64,000 nucleotides of DNA from Salinispira sp. (GCA_965602015.1 OZ271918.1:1024001-1088000), one strand, 5' to 3'. Positions 11,202 to 21,377 are shown, counted from the first letter of the stretch. The notes: generated from the letters alone by a model not told the origin. Numbers and translations are program-made.

Positions 11202-11288
11202 GTAATCCTCCTGGGTAAAACTCGAATTCTCTGCCGACACGGCTCCGGCTTGCCTGCCCGCGAGCTGCATTCCGGCTGTGGCTGGTCG

Positions 11289-11321
11289 GCGGACCCGCCT
11301 GCCGGCAGGTTGCGGGTCCGC
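11289..11321. repeat. GC-rich intergenic inverted repeat (REP-like hairpin)
   Basis: GCGGACCCG-CCTGCCGGCAGG-TTG-CGGGTCCGC in the 160-bp gap between the SPFH and ATPase genes. Confidence 0.55.
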
Positions 11322-11361
11322 TATTGCTGCCCGCTCGGACCTTGCCGGCTTTGCAATAAGC

Positions 11362-12600
11362 CTAGGTATTTTTTCCGGCGCCATCGCTGCCGGTCGCCGG
11401 TTTCTCCGGATTGGCGGCAGTGCTTTCCGCTGCGGGTTTGGGGGCCGATTGGGCCGGCCGCGAATCCTCCGGGCCTCTTGCAGCGGCGCTGTTCCTCCGA
11501 TGGCCTTCGGCAAGACTGCTGACTCCCATCACCGAACCGAGATTCATGTTCTCCAGGGCGCCCGAGGGCAGCAGAACCAGGCTGCCGTTGTTTTTTATGC
11601 CGTCGTAGACCATGTTCATCGCCCGAAGATTAAGAGCCTCGGGGCTTCCCCGGTACACTTCGGCGGCCATCGTAAAGTGATCGGCCACCTCCCTCTCGGC
11701 CTTTGCCAGGAATAGCCTGGCCTCCTTCTCTCGTTCAGCCTGGGCTTGTTTGGACATGACGTCTTCAAGCTCGGGGGGCAGGACGATGTCGGTAAATTCC
11801 ACGCTTAAGATGGTGATTCCCCAGGGGTTGGTCTTGGCATCCAGTATGGTCTGGATTTCCTTGTACAGTGTTTCCCGTTCGGACAGCAGGGTGGTGAGGC
11901 TGTATTTCCCGATGCTGTCCCGCAGAGCCGTCTGGGCCGAAAGGGTGACCGCCTCCAGAAAGTTTTCCACCTCAAGGATGGCCTTTCTTGCATCCCATAT
12001 CATCCAGAACGCCAGAGCATCCACGTGAACCGGCACGGTATCCCGGGTAAGGATTTTCTCCGCGGAGAAGTCGGTTACCCGGATGCGGGTATCCACGAAC
12101 GCCGCGCATTTATCCAACAGGGGCACCAGGAAAAAGGGTCCCGGGTCGTGAACGGTTTTGAACCGGCCGAGGCGGAGAACAACCACCTTGTCCCATTGCC
12201 ATACGACTTGAAGCGAGGGTCCGAACACCAGCCCCATAAATGCCCCCGCAATGGGTATCAGTTCGGCGCTGCCTGGTAGCCAGCTGAGCATTTCTCCGGC
12301 GCTTCCCGGCAGTTCGATAAAAAGCGCCAGCTGGGCAATGAGCATTGCGGGAATAAATGCGGACCAGCGCGGGAGCACCAGGTATACCAGGGCTCCGAAC
12401 ACCAGCGCGATGGCGCTCCGGGCGACAATTCCGGTGGACAGGGCATCGCCGGCGACCAATGCATAGCCCGCGGTAAAAACCGCCCCAATCAAAATCATAA
12501 AGAGGAAGGAGTAAATGCTGAACTCAAAATCCCTGGTGAGACGCTTCGTGTGGGGATTTTTTATCCGGCTGAATTTGTTTTTGGCGAAAGCAACCATCAT
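11362..12600 (-). CDS. SPFH/stomatin (slipin) family protein with N-terminal multi-TM extension
   Basis: VVLRLGRF, LTRDTVPVHVDA, AQTALRDSIG, WGITILSVE and QAQAEREKEA motifs. Confidence 0.9.
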   Translation of the reverse strand: MMVAFAKNKFSRIKNPHTKRLTRDFEFSIYSFLFMILIGAVFTAGYALVAGDALSTGIVARSAIALVFGALVYLVLPRWSAFIPAMLIAQLALFIELPGSAGEMLSWLPGSAELIPIAGAFMGLVFGPSLQVVWQWDKVVVLRLGRFKTVHDPGPFFLVPLLDKCAAFVDTRIRVTDFSAEKILTRDTVPVHVDALAFWMIWDARKAILEVENFLEAVTLSAQTALRDSIGKYSLTTLLSERETLYKEIQTILDAKTNPWGITILSVEFTDIVLPPELEDVMSKQAQAEREKEARLFLAKAEREVADHFTMAAEVYRGSPEALNLRAMNMVYDGIKNNGSLVLLPSGALENMNLGSVMGVSSLAEGHRRNSAAARGPEDSRPAQSAPKPAAESTAANPEKPATGSDGAGKNT

Positions 12601-12612
12601 GACCTCCTGATG

Positions 12613-13008
12613 CTAAGAATCCGCCCGTCGGATCGCATCGATTAATTCTTCGGTGTCAAAGCCGTACGACCTGGCCTTGCTTAAAAAGCCCAATATCATT
12701 TCATCGAGAACCTGCTCGCGCTCGACGTCGCTGAGTTGAATTTCCTTGTCGCTGATGAAGGTGCCGGTGCCCTGTTGAGTGGTGACTATCCCCCGAATTT
12801 CCAGCTCGTTGTAGGCCCTGGCGACGGTGTTCGGGTTGATTTGCAGGTCTACCGCCAGTGAGCGCACCGTCGGCAGCTGGTTTCCCGTAATAAGTCTTCC
12901 ATCCGCAATGGCCATTTCCACCTGAAGAATGATCTGTTTGTAGTAGGGGACGCCGCTTTTGGGGTCCAAACTAAAGGGGATGTCGATCTTGCGCTTCGCC
13001 TCGGCCAT
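12613..13008 (-). CDS. GntR family regulator, YtrA subfamily
   Basis: 131 aa; LPTVRSLAVDLQINPNTVARAYNELE; short C-terminal domain; heads an ABC operon. Confidence 0.92.
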   Translation of the reverse strand: MAEAKRKIDIPFSLDPKSGVPYYKQIILQVEMAIADGRLITGNQLPTVRSLAVDLQINPNTVARAYNELEIRGIVTTQQGTGTFISDKEIQLSDVEREQVLDEMILGFLSKARSYGFDTEELIDAIRRADS

Positions 13009-13055
13009 AGGCTTCTCCTCAGTTGCCGCCTTCTTACAGGCATGTACTGATGTTC

Positions 13056-13081
13056 TATTGTACTAAAGTTATAGTACAATA
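13056..13081. promoter_or_regulatory. Probable YtrA-type operator palindrome
   Basis: TATTGTACTA-AAGTTA-TAGTACAATA (perfect 10-bp arms) just upstream of the GntR gene. Confidence 0.75.
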
Positions 13082-13134
13082 TAGATATAGCCCGGCCTGG
13101 TGTAATTGTCAAGAGATTGATAAAAAATGCGGAT

Positions 13135-14310
13135 TTATGTCAGCAGGTCATCCCAGAGCAGTCCCTCGCCGGTGGGAATGTCTCTTAGCGCCCGCCTGCC
13201 GAGGATGAGGGATAGATGCCGGGGGTGAAGTCCCGGCCTGAGGTTTTTTTCGCTGCGAACCACGCAGATCATATCTTTGCTAATCGGGGATCCCGCAGGG
13301 ATGAAGTTCAACGCATGGATGCTCCGATTGCTGCGTCCGTAATTGGCGGCCTCGGATGGAGCCAGGGTCTTAACCCCGCTGCCCAAAATCGCGTTAATTC
13401 TTGCTTCAGGGTACGATGAAAGGTCGCTGTGCCGGGAAATTCCCCTGCGCAGTTCTGATTCCCGAGGGCCCCGGGCGTTATTTATTTCGGACCCGTGTCC
13501 GGCTTCCGTACGGAGGGATTCGGCTTGCCGAATAGCCGCGCTCATTCGGGCGAAATCACCGGTGTCCAGGGCAATGGGGTCATCAAGGCCCCCATCCTCC
13601 CTGGAAATGGTGAAGTGTTTCTCAACCATTACGGCTCCGGCAAGCACAGCCAGGGCGGGAACCAGGACCGGGTCAAGACTGTGATCCGATAATCCGCTGG
13701 GCAGGCCAAAAATTGACGAGAGATTTCCAATGAGCCGGATGTTAAACTCCTCCTCGGGACTGGGGTAGGCCGTGATGCAATGGAGGAGGGTGATGTCCAG
13801 TGATTTTATCCCGCCAATAAGACCTAAGGTCTCTTCGATGTCGCCGAGGGTTGAAACACCGGTGGACAAAACCAGGGAGGTGATTTCCTCCCTTTCTGCC
13901 AGCCAGGTCAAAAGCGGATGGTGGTTTAACTCCGGGCTTGCGATTTTAAGCCGGGTTTCCCCCAGTGCGATGAGCTCGGATGCGCTGCGTATGCCGAAGG
14001 GAGAGCAGAAAAACCCAACCCCCCGCATCAGGCATTCATCCTTGCAGAACTCTATAAAGGATGGACCGGTCTCCAGCTCCCGAAACCGGGAGTACAAATC
14101 CAGTTCGCCTCCGGGCAGTTTGACGCCGCCGGTTTTGGGGTGGATGATTTCATCGGCGTAGAAGTGCTGAAACTTAACCAGATCGGCACCGGAGTCCGCA
14201 GCGGCGGCTATGAGCTCCCGGGCACGGTTGCGGTTTCCCCGGTGGCCCGTTCCGATTTCAGCGACAATTTCTACTGGTACCGCCGCAAGCGGGGGAACGG
14301 GGTGAGCCAC
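13135..14310 (-). CDS. N-acetylneuraminate synthase (NeuB/SpsE) family protein
   Basis: IVAEIG, LKIASPE, LLHCITAYP, GLSDHS and EKHFT motifs; C-terminal SAF domain. Confidence 0.9.
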   Translation of the reverse strand: MAHPVPPLAAVPVEIVAEIGTGHRGNRNRARELIAAAADSGADLVKFQHFYADEIIHPKTGGVKLPGGELDLYSRFRELETGPSFIEFCKDECLMRGVGFFCSPFGIRSASELIALGETRLKIASPELNHHPLLTWLAEREEITSLVLSTGVSTLGDIEETLGLIGGIKSLDITLLHCITAYPSPEEEFNIRLIGNLSSIFGLPSGLSDHSLDPVLVPALAVLAGAVMVEKHFTISREDGGLDDPIALDTGDFARMSAAIRQAESLRTEAGHGSEINNARGPRESELRRGISRHSDLSSYPEARINAILGSGVKTLAPSEAANYGRSNRSIHALNFIPAGSPISKDMICVVRSEKNLRPGLHPRHLSLILGRRALRDIPTGEGLLWDDLLT

Positions 14311-14322
14311 CGGAGCCAGTCC

Positions 14323-15600
14323 TTATTGTCTGGGGCGGATGCGGTCAAAACCCACATAGGGCACCAGTTTTTCGGGAATTACGACGCTGCCGTCTTCCTG
14401 CTGACCGTTTTCGAGGATGGAAATCACCGCCCGGCTGTTTGCCACCGCCGTACCGTTGAGCATGTGGACATAGCCCTTCGTTTTTTCGCCCTTGTAGCGC
14501 ACATTGAGCCGGCGGGCCTGATAGTCGGTGCAGTTGCTGGTGGAAGTTATTTCCCCCCAGTCGCCATTGTCGCCCCGGCCGGGCATCCAGGCTTCCAGGT
14601 CGTATTTCCGATAGGCCGAAGCTCCAAGGTCGCCGGTACAGGTGTCGACCACCCGGAAGGGGATGCCGAGGCCGGAAAAGATTTCCTCCTCTATTTCCCT
14701 CAGAGACTCATGTATGCGTGCAGAATCCTCCGGGAGGCAATAGACGAACATTTCGATTTTTGTGAACTGGTGAACCCGGTACAGACCCTTGGAGAACTGC
14801 CCTGCGGCGCCGGCTTCCCGCCGGAAACAGTGGGAGACACCGGCGAGTTTTATCGGAAGCTCATGAGCATCGAGCATGTCGTCGGCGTGGTATCCGCCGA
14901 GGGTGATTTCGGCAGTGCCCACCAGGCAGGTGCCGGTGCCTTCGAGATTGTATATATTGCTCTCTTCGCCCCGGGGATTAAAACCGATGCCGCTGACCAC
15001 TTCTTCTTTCGCTATGTCCGGAGTAATGGTCGGGGTAAAACCGTGCTTCTGAAGGATATCCAGGGCGTAGCGAATCAGGCCCATCTCCAGAAAAACCGCC
15101 TCATTTTTGAGGTAATAAAACTTGGTGCCCGACACCTTGGTTCCTGTTTCAAAATCGATGACTTCCAGGAGCTGGCCGAGTTCAACGTGATCACGGGGAG
15201 TAAAAGAAAATTCCGGTATGCTCCCCACCCGCTTTATTTCCAGATTGTCCTTGTCTTCCTTTCCAACCGGAGCGTCGGGGTGGGCCATATTGGGTATTTT
15301 TTTGGCTTCAGCGTACATGTCCTCTTCCAGCTCGGCCAGCGTGCTCTCTCGGTTAGAAAGTGAATCCTTGATGGATTTGCCTTCGGCGATAAGAGCCTGA
15401 CGGGCCTCGTTGTCCAGAGGCCCCTTCATTTTTTTCGCATTTTCATTGCGGGCCTGACGGAGGGCGTCCAGTTCCTGAATGAGACTGTTTCTCTTTTCGA
15501 AGAGCTCAACCACAGAATCCGGGTCGGCGTTCATATTTCTATTGGCGATATTTGCCTTTACGGCTTCAATGTTCTCACGAATGAATCTGATGTCTAACAT
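14323..15600 (-). CDS. serS: Serine--tRNA ligase
   Basis: MLDIRFIR; GTAEIT; CFRREAG; GLYRVHQF; EITSTSNCTDYQARR. Confidence 0.98.
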   Translation of the reverse strand: MLDIRFIRENIEAVKANIANRNMNADPDSVVELFEKRNSLIQELDALRQARNENAKKMKGPLDNEARQALIAEGKSIKDSLSNRESTLAELEEDMYAEAKKIPNMAHPDAPVGKEDKDNLEIKRVGSIPEFSFTPRDHVELGQLLEVIDFETGTKVSGTKFYYLKNEAVFLEMGLIRYALDILQKHGFTPTITPDIAKEEVVSGIGFNPRGEESNIYNLEGTGTCLVGTAEITLGGYHADDMLDAHELPIKLAGVSHCFRREAGAAGQFSKGLYRVHQFTKIEMFVYCLPEDSARIHESLREIEEEIFSGLGIPFRVVDTCTGDLGASAYRKYDLEAWMPGRGDNGDWGEITSTSNCTDYQARRLNVRYKGEKTKGYVHMLNGTAVANSRAVISILENGQQEDGSVVIPEKLVPYVGFDRIRPRQ

Positions 15601-15650
15601 AGGGCCATAATATACGTCTGGGTATTACGGGGCAAGGCCTGTTTTTTGGG

Positions 15651-16565
15651 CTACACCTGACCCTTCCAGGATCCCCGGCCAGCATCTTCCCAGGCTTTTT
15701 TGAGAGAGGCGGCAAGACCTTCATCTATAATGCTGGACTTCTCAGCCAGCTTTAGGTTCGCCTTTAGATTTTTTTCGCTGGATGTGCCGGCGATGGCTGT
15801 GGACACCCCTTTGGCGGAGGCGGTAAAGCCCCAGGCAGCCCGCAGCATTGACGAATGGTCGTCGAGTTTTTCCAGCTCCGGGATTCCCAGTTCCTTCATT
15901 TTCTGCCAGCGGACCCAATAGGCGTCGGCATATTCTCCCACCGGCCGCTCCTCATACCGCCAAAACACATTGGCAAGGGGGCGCTTGGCTATGACTGCCA
16001 TGTTTCGCCTTTGGGCCCCTTCGAGGCGGCCGTAGAGGTTACCCTGGTCGCAAATATTTACCGAGGTTTCGACAGCGCTAAAATGCCCGGAGTCCAGGGC
16101 CCAGTCCAGTTCTTCGTTTTCTCCCGAATAGCCGAAAAATCTGCACAACCCGCTTTTTTGCGCTTCTTCCAGGGTTCGCAGGGTTTCGTCCCTGGTGAGG
16201 ATCTCCATGTCGCAGCTGTGAAGGAGGAACAGATCGACGGTATCGCATTTGAGGCGCCGCAGTGATTCCTCCAGACTTATGCGGATGGCATCGGGGCTCC
16301 AGTTTTCCGCACCGTCAACCGAGTAGCCGCCCTTGGTGACCAGAATATACTCGGATCTCCGATTGGCGATTGCCGAACCGATGCGCTCCTCGGACAGTCC
16401 GTACCCCCTGGCGGTGTCGATCAGGTTTATTCCCGAATCAAGGGCGAGATTCAGAAGTTTTGCGGCGTGGTTCGCATCCACATCCTTGCGGCCTATATGA
16501 CCGGCACCAAAACTCAGAACGCTCACTGCATTGTGTATTTTTCCAAAGCTTCTTGTTTCCATCAT
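15651..16565 (-). CDS. Aldo/keto reductase
   Basis: GINLIDTARGYG..SEE; SLRRL.CDTVDLFLLH. Confidence 0.9.
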   Translation of the reverse strand: MMETRSFGKIHNAVSVLSFGAGHIGRKDVDANHAAKLLNLALDSGINLIDTARGYGLSEERIGSAIANRRSEYILVTKGGYSVDGAENWSPDAIRISLEESLRRLKCDTVDLFLLHSCDMEILTRDETLRTLEEAQKSGLCRFFGYSGENEELDWALDSGHFSAVETSVNICDQGNLYGRLEGAQRRNMAVIAKRPLANVFWRYEERPVGEYADAYWVRWQKMKELGIPELEKLDDHSSMLRAAWGFTASAKGVSTAIAGTSSEKNLKANLKLAEKSSIIDEGLAASLKKAWEDAGRGSWKGQV

Positions 16566-17356
16566 CTCTCCAGATCCCGAGCCTTCTCAGCCGAAGCGGA
16601 CACCGCATCCATTACGGTGGCGGTAAAGCGGTTGTGATGCAGACTCTCAATGCCCCGGATTGTCGTTCCCCCGGGAGAACACACCCGGGTTATCAGTTCC
16701 CCCGGGCCGATTCCGCTTGAGCGGATGGTTCCCACCGCGCCCTCCAGGACTTCCAGCACCACCTCCAGGCTGGCTTCGTACTTTATGCCCTCCTTGACCC
16801 CGCCCAGAGCCATGGCGTTTATGAACTCGTAAACAAAGGCGATTCCCGAACCGGAGATTCCGATTATCGAAGGGATAAGATGCTCGGGCATTTCCATGGC
16901 AAGACCGACAGACTGGGCTACGGAAAAAGCCTGCTCCTTAAAGGTCTCGTCGCAGTCCTCGCTGAAACTGACGCCGGTTACCGACTTGCCGACGCTGGCT
17001 GCGAGCGAGGGCATAAAGCGGGAAACATAGGGACTGCCGAATAATTCGCTGATCCGCTCGATGCTCACCCCGGCGGCAATTGAAATAAGACGGGACTCCC
17101 CGCTGAACTTCCCGTAGATCTTACCAAGTGCGGGCAGGTCCTGGGGTTTTACAGCCAGGATAACCGCATCGCTTTCAGAGAAGAGCAGAGCCGGATTATC
17201 GTTATAGTTTTTCGCCCCATAGGTCTGCGTGGCCAGCTTCATCCGCTCACCGGAATTTTCCATTACCAAAAGGCCTAGCTGAGGATGAGCTTCCTTGACG
17301 CCGGATATCAACGCCTCTCCCATATTGCCAAAACCAATAATGCCCAGTGTCTTCAT
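16562..17356 (-). CDS. proC: Pyrroline-5-carboxylate reductase
   Basis: IGFGNMG, LAVKPQ, VCSPGGTT. Confidence 0.95.
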   Translation of the reverse strand: MKTLGIIGFGNMGEALISGVKEAHPQLGLLVMENSGERMKLATQTYGAKNYNDNPALLFSESDAVILAVKPQDLPALGKIYGKFSGESRLISIAAGVSIERISELFGSPYVSRFMPSLAASVGKSVTGVSFSEDCDETFKEQAFSVAQSVGLAMEMPEHLIPSIIGISGSGIAFVYEFINAMALGGVKEGIKYEASLEVVLEVLEGAVGTIRSSGIGPGELITRVCSPGGTTIRGIESLHHNRFTATVMDAVSASAEKARDLER

Positions 17357-17408
17357 GTGATGCTCCTAATGCGAAAGAGGGGATAAGCCGGTACTGATTG
17401 CCGGATAC

Positions 17409-17906
17409 TTAAAGAGTAAAACGAAAATCTCTTTGCCGCCAATACTCGTAGGCGAGAATGGCCACCGAATTGCTCAAATTAAGGCTCCGGTTTCCCGCCA
17501 CCATGGGGATTGTGAGCGATTGCGAGGGAGAACTGTTCATCAGCACCTCCGGAAGTCCCTTGCTTTCCCTGCCGAAAAGGAAATACGCATCACCCGTAAA
17601 TCGGACACTACTGTAAGGCTGCTTGGCCTTGGTGCTGACAAACCAGCAGTTTTCGGGATACCCAGCGGAGGTAATACCGGTTCCCTGCGACTTGAGGGAG
17701 TCGAAGAACTCTTCAAGGGAGGACCATTCGCGCAACTCCAAGCGGTCCCAATAGTCCAGGCCGGCCCGGCGTACGGATTTCTCATCAATTGAAAATCCAA
17801 GAGGATGAATGAGGTGAAGCACAGCGGAGGTTGCGACGCAGGTACGGGCTATATTACCGGTGTTCTGCGGGATTTCCGGTTCATGCAGGACGATGTGTAA
17901 TGCCAT
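17409..17906 (-). CDS. trmL: tRNA (cytidine/uridine-34 2'-O)-methyltransferase
   Basis: PEIPQNTGNIAR, RRAGLDYW, FGRESKGL, RSLNLSN; start moved to MALHIV. Confidence 0.95.
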   Translation of the reverse strand: MALHIVLHEPEIPQNTGNIARTCVATSAVLHLIHPLGFSIDEKSVRRAGLDYWDRLELREWSSLEEFFDSLKSQGTGITSAGYPENCWFVSTKAKQPYSSVRFTGDAYFLFGRESKGLPEVLMNSSPSQSLTIPMVAGNRSLNLSNSVAILAYEYWRQRDFRFTL

Positions 17907-18423
17907 GAAGTTTTTCCAGTACGCTGCCATAGTCGGGTTCCCAGGCAAGCTCTTTGACCATCTCCCGATAGATAAGCGGCCGCCCTTCCTCTCCAGGGCC
18001 CGACGGCCCAAGGAGAAATACCGCACGAGCACAGAGTCCTTTCAGCGGGCCGTCCGCTATGAGCACGCCATAGTCCGCTGCAAAAGAGTCGAATCGCATA
18101 TCCGACAGGAGAATCATGTTTTCCAGGTTTTCCCTGAGTGCAAAGCGGCTCTGGGCGAAGGGCAGATCCCGGCTGACGGTGATGTAGCTGCAGCTGGAAC
18201 CTTCGATGCGGGCCTGACGGTCGAACTCCCTGGCGCTGGCGGCGCAAACCGGGGTATCTATGGAGGGAACCACATTAAGCAGCACATAGGGGCTGGTGAC
18301 GGAACTGAGATGAAAATCCTGTAGATTGCTGTCGGTGAGGGTGAAATCCGGAACCGTTTGACCTGGTGAAAGGTCTTTGTCCAGGGTGTTGATGAGCTTT
18401 CCCTTAAAACTGATCTGAGCCAC
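17881..18423 (-). CDS. tpx: Thiol peroxidase (Tpx family)
   Basis: PSIDTPVC and SRDLPFAQSRF motifs. Confidence 0.9.
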   Translation of the reverse strand: MAQISFKGKLINTLDKDLSPGQTVPDFTLTDSNLQDFHLSSVTSPYVLLNVVPSIDTPVCAASAREFDRQARIEGSSCSYITVSRDLPFAQSRFALRENLENMILLSDMRFDSFAADYGVLIADGPLKGLCARAVFLLGPSGPGEEGRPLIYREMVKELAWEPDYGSVLEKLHGITHRPA

Positions 18424-18482
18424 TACGCAAATGTACTATGCACCGCAGCAGAAGTAAAACACAGAGGTCTTTTTAATGGGGA

Positions 18483-20504
18483 TTAATGCTCCGAATGATC
18501 TTCCTCGATCTCGCTGATGCTGAGGATGCTGGGGATTGAGCGGATGTTTTTTATAATCTTGTTGATATCTTCTTTTTTATCCAGCTCCATGGTGAAGTGC
18601 CCTTCGAGACTTCCGGCCTGATTGTTGCTTCCGCTGTGAATGGAATCCACCTTCCCCTCAATGAGGTGTCCGTGGTGTTTGCGCACGGCGCCTTCAATCT
18701 CGCTGAAAAGGTCGCCGGTGCGCCGGGCGGTGACCAGGAATTTCTTTGTTATTTTTGGGCTGACGGTTTCCCACTCGACCTCTATGGTTCGTTCCTGAAC
18801 ATCCTTGATGTTGGCGAAATTTTTGCAGTCCGTGCGGTGGATGATAATGCCCCTGCCGCGGCTCACATAGCCGACGATCTCGTCGCCGGTGCTGGGGTTG
18901 CAGCAATTGGCAAAATGGATCATCAGGTTGCGGTCGCGGCCGACCCGGATGCCCAGCTTGTCGGTCTGAAGGGTTTGGCTGGCGGGAGGCGCGGCCTTTT
19001 TCCGTTTTTTCTTTGCCGGCTGGTCATCGGCCTTTTTACGGGCGACAATATTCTGATCGACGAACAGGCTTTCATCGTGCTTGTTGATCCAGGCCCGTAT
19101 TTTGCTTCGGGCGCCCCGGGTCTTTACCGATCTGAGCCACTCGAGGTGCGGATGGGCGCTGGGGTGGGTGATTATTTCCACGACCTGGGTGTTTCTCAGC
19201 GGCTGCTTGAGAGGAACGATGCTGCCGTCGGCTTTGGCGCCTGAGGTGTGATGACCGACCTCCGTGTGAATATGATAGGCGAAGTCCAGGGCGGTGGCCC
19301 CTTTGGGCAGCTGAATCACGTCGCCCTTCGGAGTGAAAAGGTAAATCGAGTCCTTGAGTATTTCCCGTTTCATTTCCTCGAGAAATTCCCTGCCCGCAAT
19401 CCTGATATTATCCATATCGCGTAGGCGATTGATAATCGTTAAATCCTGGTGGACGGCCCGGTCTCCCCGTTGGTCTTTTTTGTACTGCCAATGGGCGGCA
19501 ACTCCGTTCTGCGCCGTATCCTCCATAGAAAACGTGCGAATCTGAATTTCCAGAAGCCGGCCGTCGTAACCCATTACCGTTGTGTGAAGACTTTGGTAGC
19601 GATTGGCCTTGGGCATGGCAATGTAGTCTTTGAACCGTCCCTCGATTGGCATCCAGAGCTTGTGCACATTGCCCAGCATTATGTAGCAGTCAGAAATGCT
19701 GTGACAGAGAATCCGGACGCCCAGCAGGTCATAAATTTCGTCGATGCTTTTGCCCCGCTGCCGCATTTTGCTGTAAATAGAGTAGAAATGCTTGGCCCGG
19801 GTGCGGGTTTCCACTTCGATGCTGTCGGCGTTTGCGGCCCGTTCAATGGCATCGGTGATTTTGGTCAGATATTCACTGCGCTCGCTTTTTTTCTGTTTTA
19901 CATACTCTTTCAGCTGAATATACACATCGGGCTGCAGGTGTTTGAGACTGAGATCCTCAAGCTCGTCCTTCATCCAGCTAATGCCCAGTCTGCCGGCCAA
20001 CGGGGCGTAGATATCCAGGCATTCCTGGGCGATGGCCCGGATTCGCTCGGGGCGCTTGAATTCCAGGGTGCGCATGTTGTGCAGCTTGTCGGCCAGTTTG
20101 ATGAGAATGACACGGATGTCTTTCACCATGGCGAACAGCATTTTTCGAATGGTTTCGGCCTGTACGGAATTCTTGTTCTTGGCCTTGACGATATCGATTT
20201 TTGTGACGCCGTCAACCAGGTTTGCCACCTCTTCGCCGAAATCTTTGTTGAGAGATTCGTAGGTGTACAGGGTGTCTTCAATGCTGTCGTGCAGAAGCCC
20301 GGCGATGATGGTTGCGGGATCCATTCTCATGTGAACGAGAATCTCCGTGACCTGGAGGGGATGAATAAAGTACGGATCGCCGGATGCGCGCATTTGACCG
20401 TCGTGAAGCCTGCGGGAAAGCTCGGCGGCCCGGGAAATGAGATCTATGTCTGTGTAGCCCCGGTCCCCCAATAGCGAACCGAGGTCTTCGATTGTCGTAA
20501 TCAT
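18483..20504 (-). CDS. relA: Bifunctional (p)ppGpp synthetase/hydrolase
   Basis: HD hydrolase (LLHDSIED), synthetase (RFKDYIAMPK..YQSLHT), TGS and ACT-like domains. Confidence 0.96.
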   Translation of the reverse strand: MITTIEDLGSLLGDRGYTDIDLISRAAELSRRLHDGQMRASGDPYFIHPLQVTEILVHMRMDPATIIAGLLHDSIEDTLYTYESLNKDFGEEVANLVDGVTKIDIVKAKNKNSVQAETIRKMLFAMVKDIRVILIKLADKLHNMRTLEFKRPERIRAIAQECLDIYAPLAGRLGISWMKDELEDLSLKHLQPDVYIQLKEYVKQKKSERSEYLTKITDAIERAANADSIEVETRTRAKHFYSIYSKMRQRGKSIDEIYDLLGVRILCHSISDCYIMLGNVHKLWMPIEGRFKDYIAMPKANRYQSLHTTVMGYDGRLLEIQIRTFSMEDTAQNGVAAHWQYKKDQRGDRAVHQDLTIINRLRDMDNIRIAGREFLEEMKREILKDSIYLFTPKGDVIQLPKGATALDFAYHIHTEVGHHTSGAKADGSIVPLKQPLRNTQVVEIITHPSAHPHLEWLRSVKTRGARSKIRAWINKHDESLFVDQNIVARKKADDQPAKKKRKKAAPPASQTLQTDKLGIRVGRDRNLMIHFANCCNPSTGDEIVGYVSRGRGIIIHRTDCKNFANIKDVQERTIEVEWETVSPKITKKFLVTARRTGDLFSEIEGAVRKHHGHLIEGKVDSIHSGSNNQAGSLEGHFTMELDKKEDINKIIKNIRSIPSILSISEIEEDHSEH

Positions 20505-21352
20505 AGTTTTACACCCCGGGAAACCCTGTTCAGGCCTCCCAGATCCCGGCGAATACCGGTATTGCCAAAACCGTTGTTCCGCAATTCTTTACATATACTA
20601 TCGGCCTGCCAGTGGGCCGCTTCAATAAAGATCTGTCCGCCCTTTTGAAGGATGCCCGCAGCCTGCGCAATCAGCTTCCTTATAAGATCTAGCCCGTCGG
20701 CCCCGCCGTCAAGAGCCATGCGGGGTTCCCGCCATCCTTCCATCGCTTTTTCATCGCATTCACCGCTTTCCAGATATGGCGGGTTTGCGGTAATTATGTC
20801 CCCTTCCCCGGGCTCCAGGGCGCTCAGCAGGTCGGACTGACGCCACGGGGTAATGCCCTGGGCAATGCCGGGAGCGATGAGGTTTTTCCAGTTTTCCGCA
20901 AATACTTCACCGGCCTCGGGGCTGATGTCAGAAGCGCTGACCTGCCAGCTCATTCGGTTTGCGGCGCAGGCGATGGCCACCGCCCCGCTGCCAGTGCAGC
21001 AATCGTGGAGCCGCAGCTGTCCCCCCGGATTTTCCTGGAGAACCCATTCGACCAGGATTTCCGTGTCCGGTCGGGGAATGAGAACCCGGGGATCAACAGA
21101 AAATTCCAGACCGTAAAACTCTTTTTTTCCGAGTATGTAGGCCAGGGGCTCGCCTTCCGATCGCCGCTGAACAACATGGAGGTAGGCTTCAGCGACATCC
21201 CGGGGAACCGGATCGGAAAGCGCGGCGTATACCTGTTCCTTGCTCTTGCCCATGCAATGAGCCAGCAGGAGAATGGAGTCCAGAGTGGGGTTGTCATATG
21301 GTCCCGAGGGCAACAGCTCGCGGGCTTGCCTCAGTAACTGCGAGACTGTCAC
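20501..21352 (-). CDS. prmC: Release factor glutamine methyltransferase
   Basis: VLIPRPDTE, CTGSG, NPPY; adjacent to prfA. Confidence 0.95.
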   Translation of the reverse strand: MTVSQLLRQARELLPSGPYDNPTLDSILLLAHCMGKSKEQVYAALSDPVPRDVAEAYLHVVQRRSEGEPLAYILGKKEFYGLEFSVDPRVLIPRPDTEILVEWVLQENPGGQLRLHDCCTGSGAVAIACAANRMSWQVSASDISPEAGEVFAENWKNLIAPGIAQGITPWRQSDLLSALEPGEGDIITANPPYLESGECDEKAMEGWREPRMALDGGADGLDLIRKLIAQAAGILQKGGQIFIEAAHWQADSICKELRNNGFGNTGIRRDLGGLNRVSRGVKL

Positions 21353-21377
21353 AGCGGTTTACCTGTCTTTCCCGGGC

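Noticed and set aside
11202..11513. N-terminal extension of the ABC ATPase in the ORF track; similar extensions for trmL, lpdA, the carbamoyltransferase and 29243-30499
   Set aside because: The extensions overlap neighbouring genes or are low-complexity; downstream ATGs match the family starts, several with a clear RBS.
13135..14310. Sialic/nonulosonic acid biosynthesis cluster
   Set aside because: The neuB-like gene stands alone beside serS, with no neuA/neuC or pse/leg genes in the window.
14140..15363. 407-aa + strand ORF; likewise 19449-20474, 35318-36235 and 45067-46191
   Set aside because: Antisense shadows of serS, rel, nqrF and lpdA with no recognisable motifs, as expected in GC-rich coding DNA.
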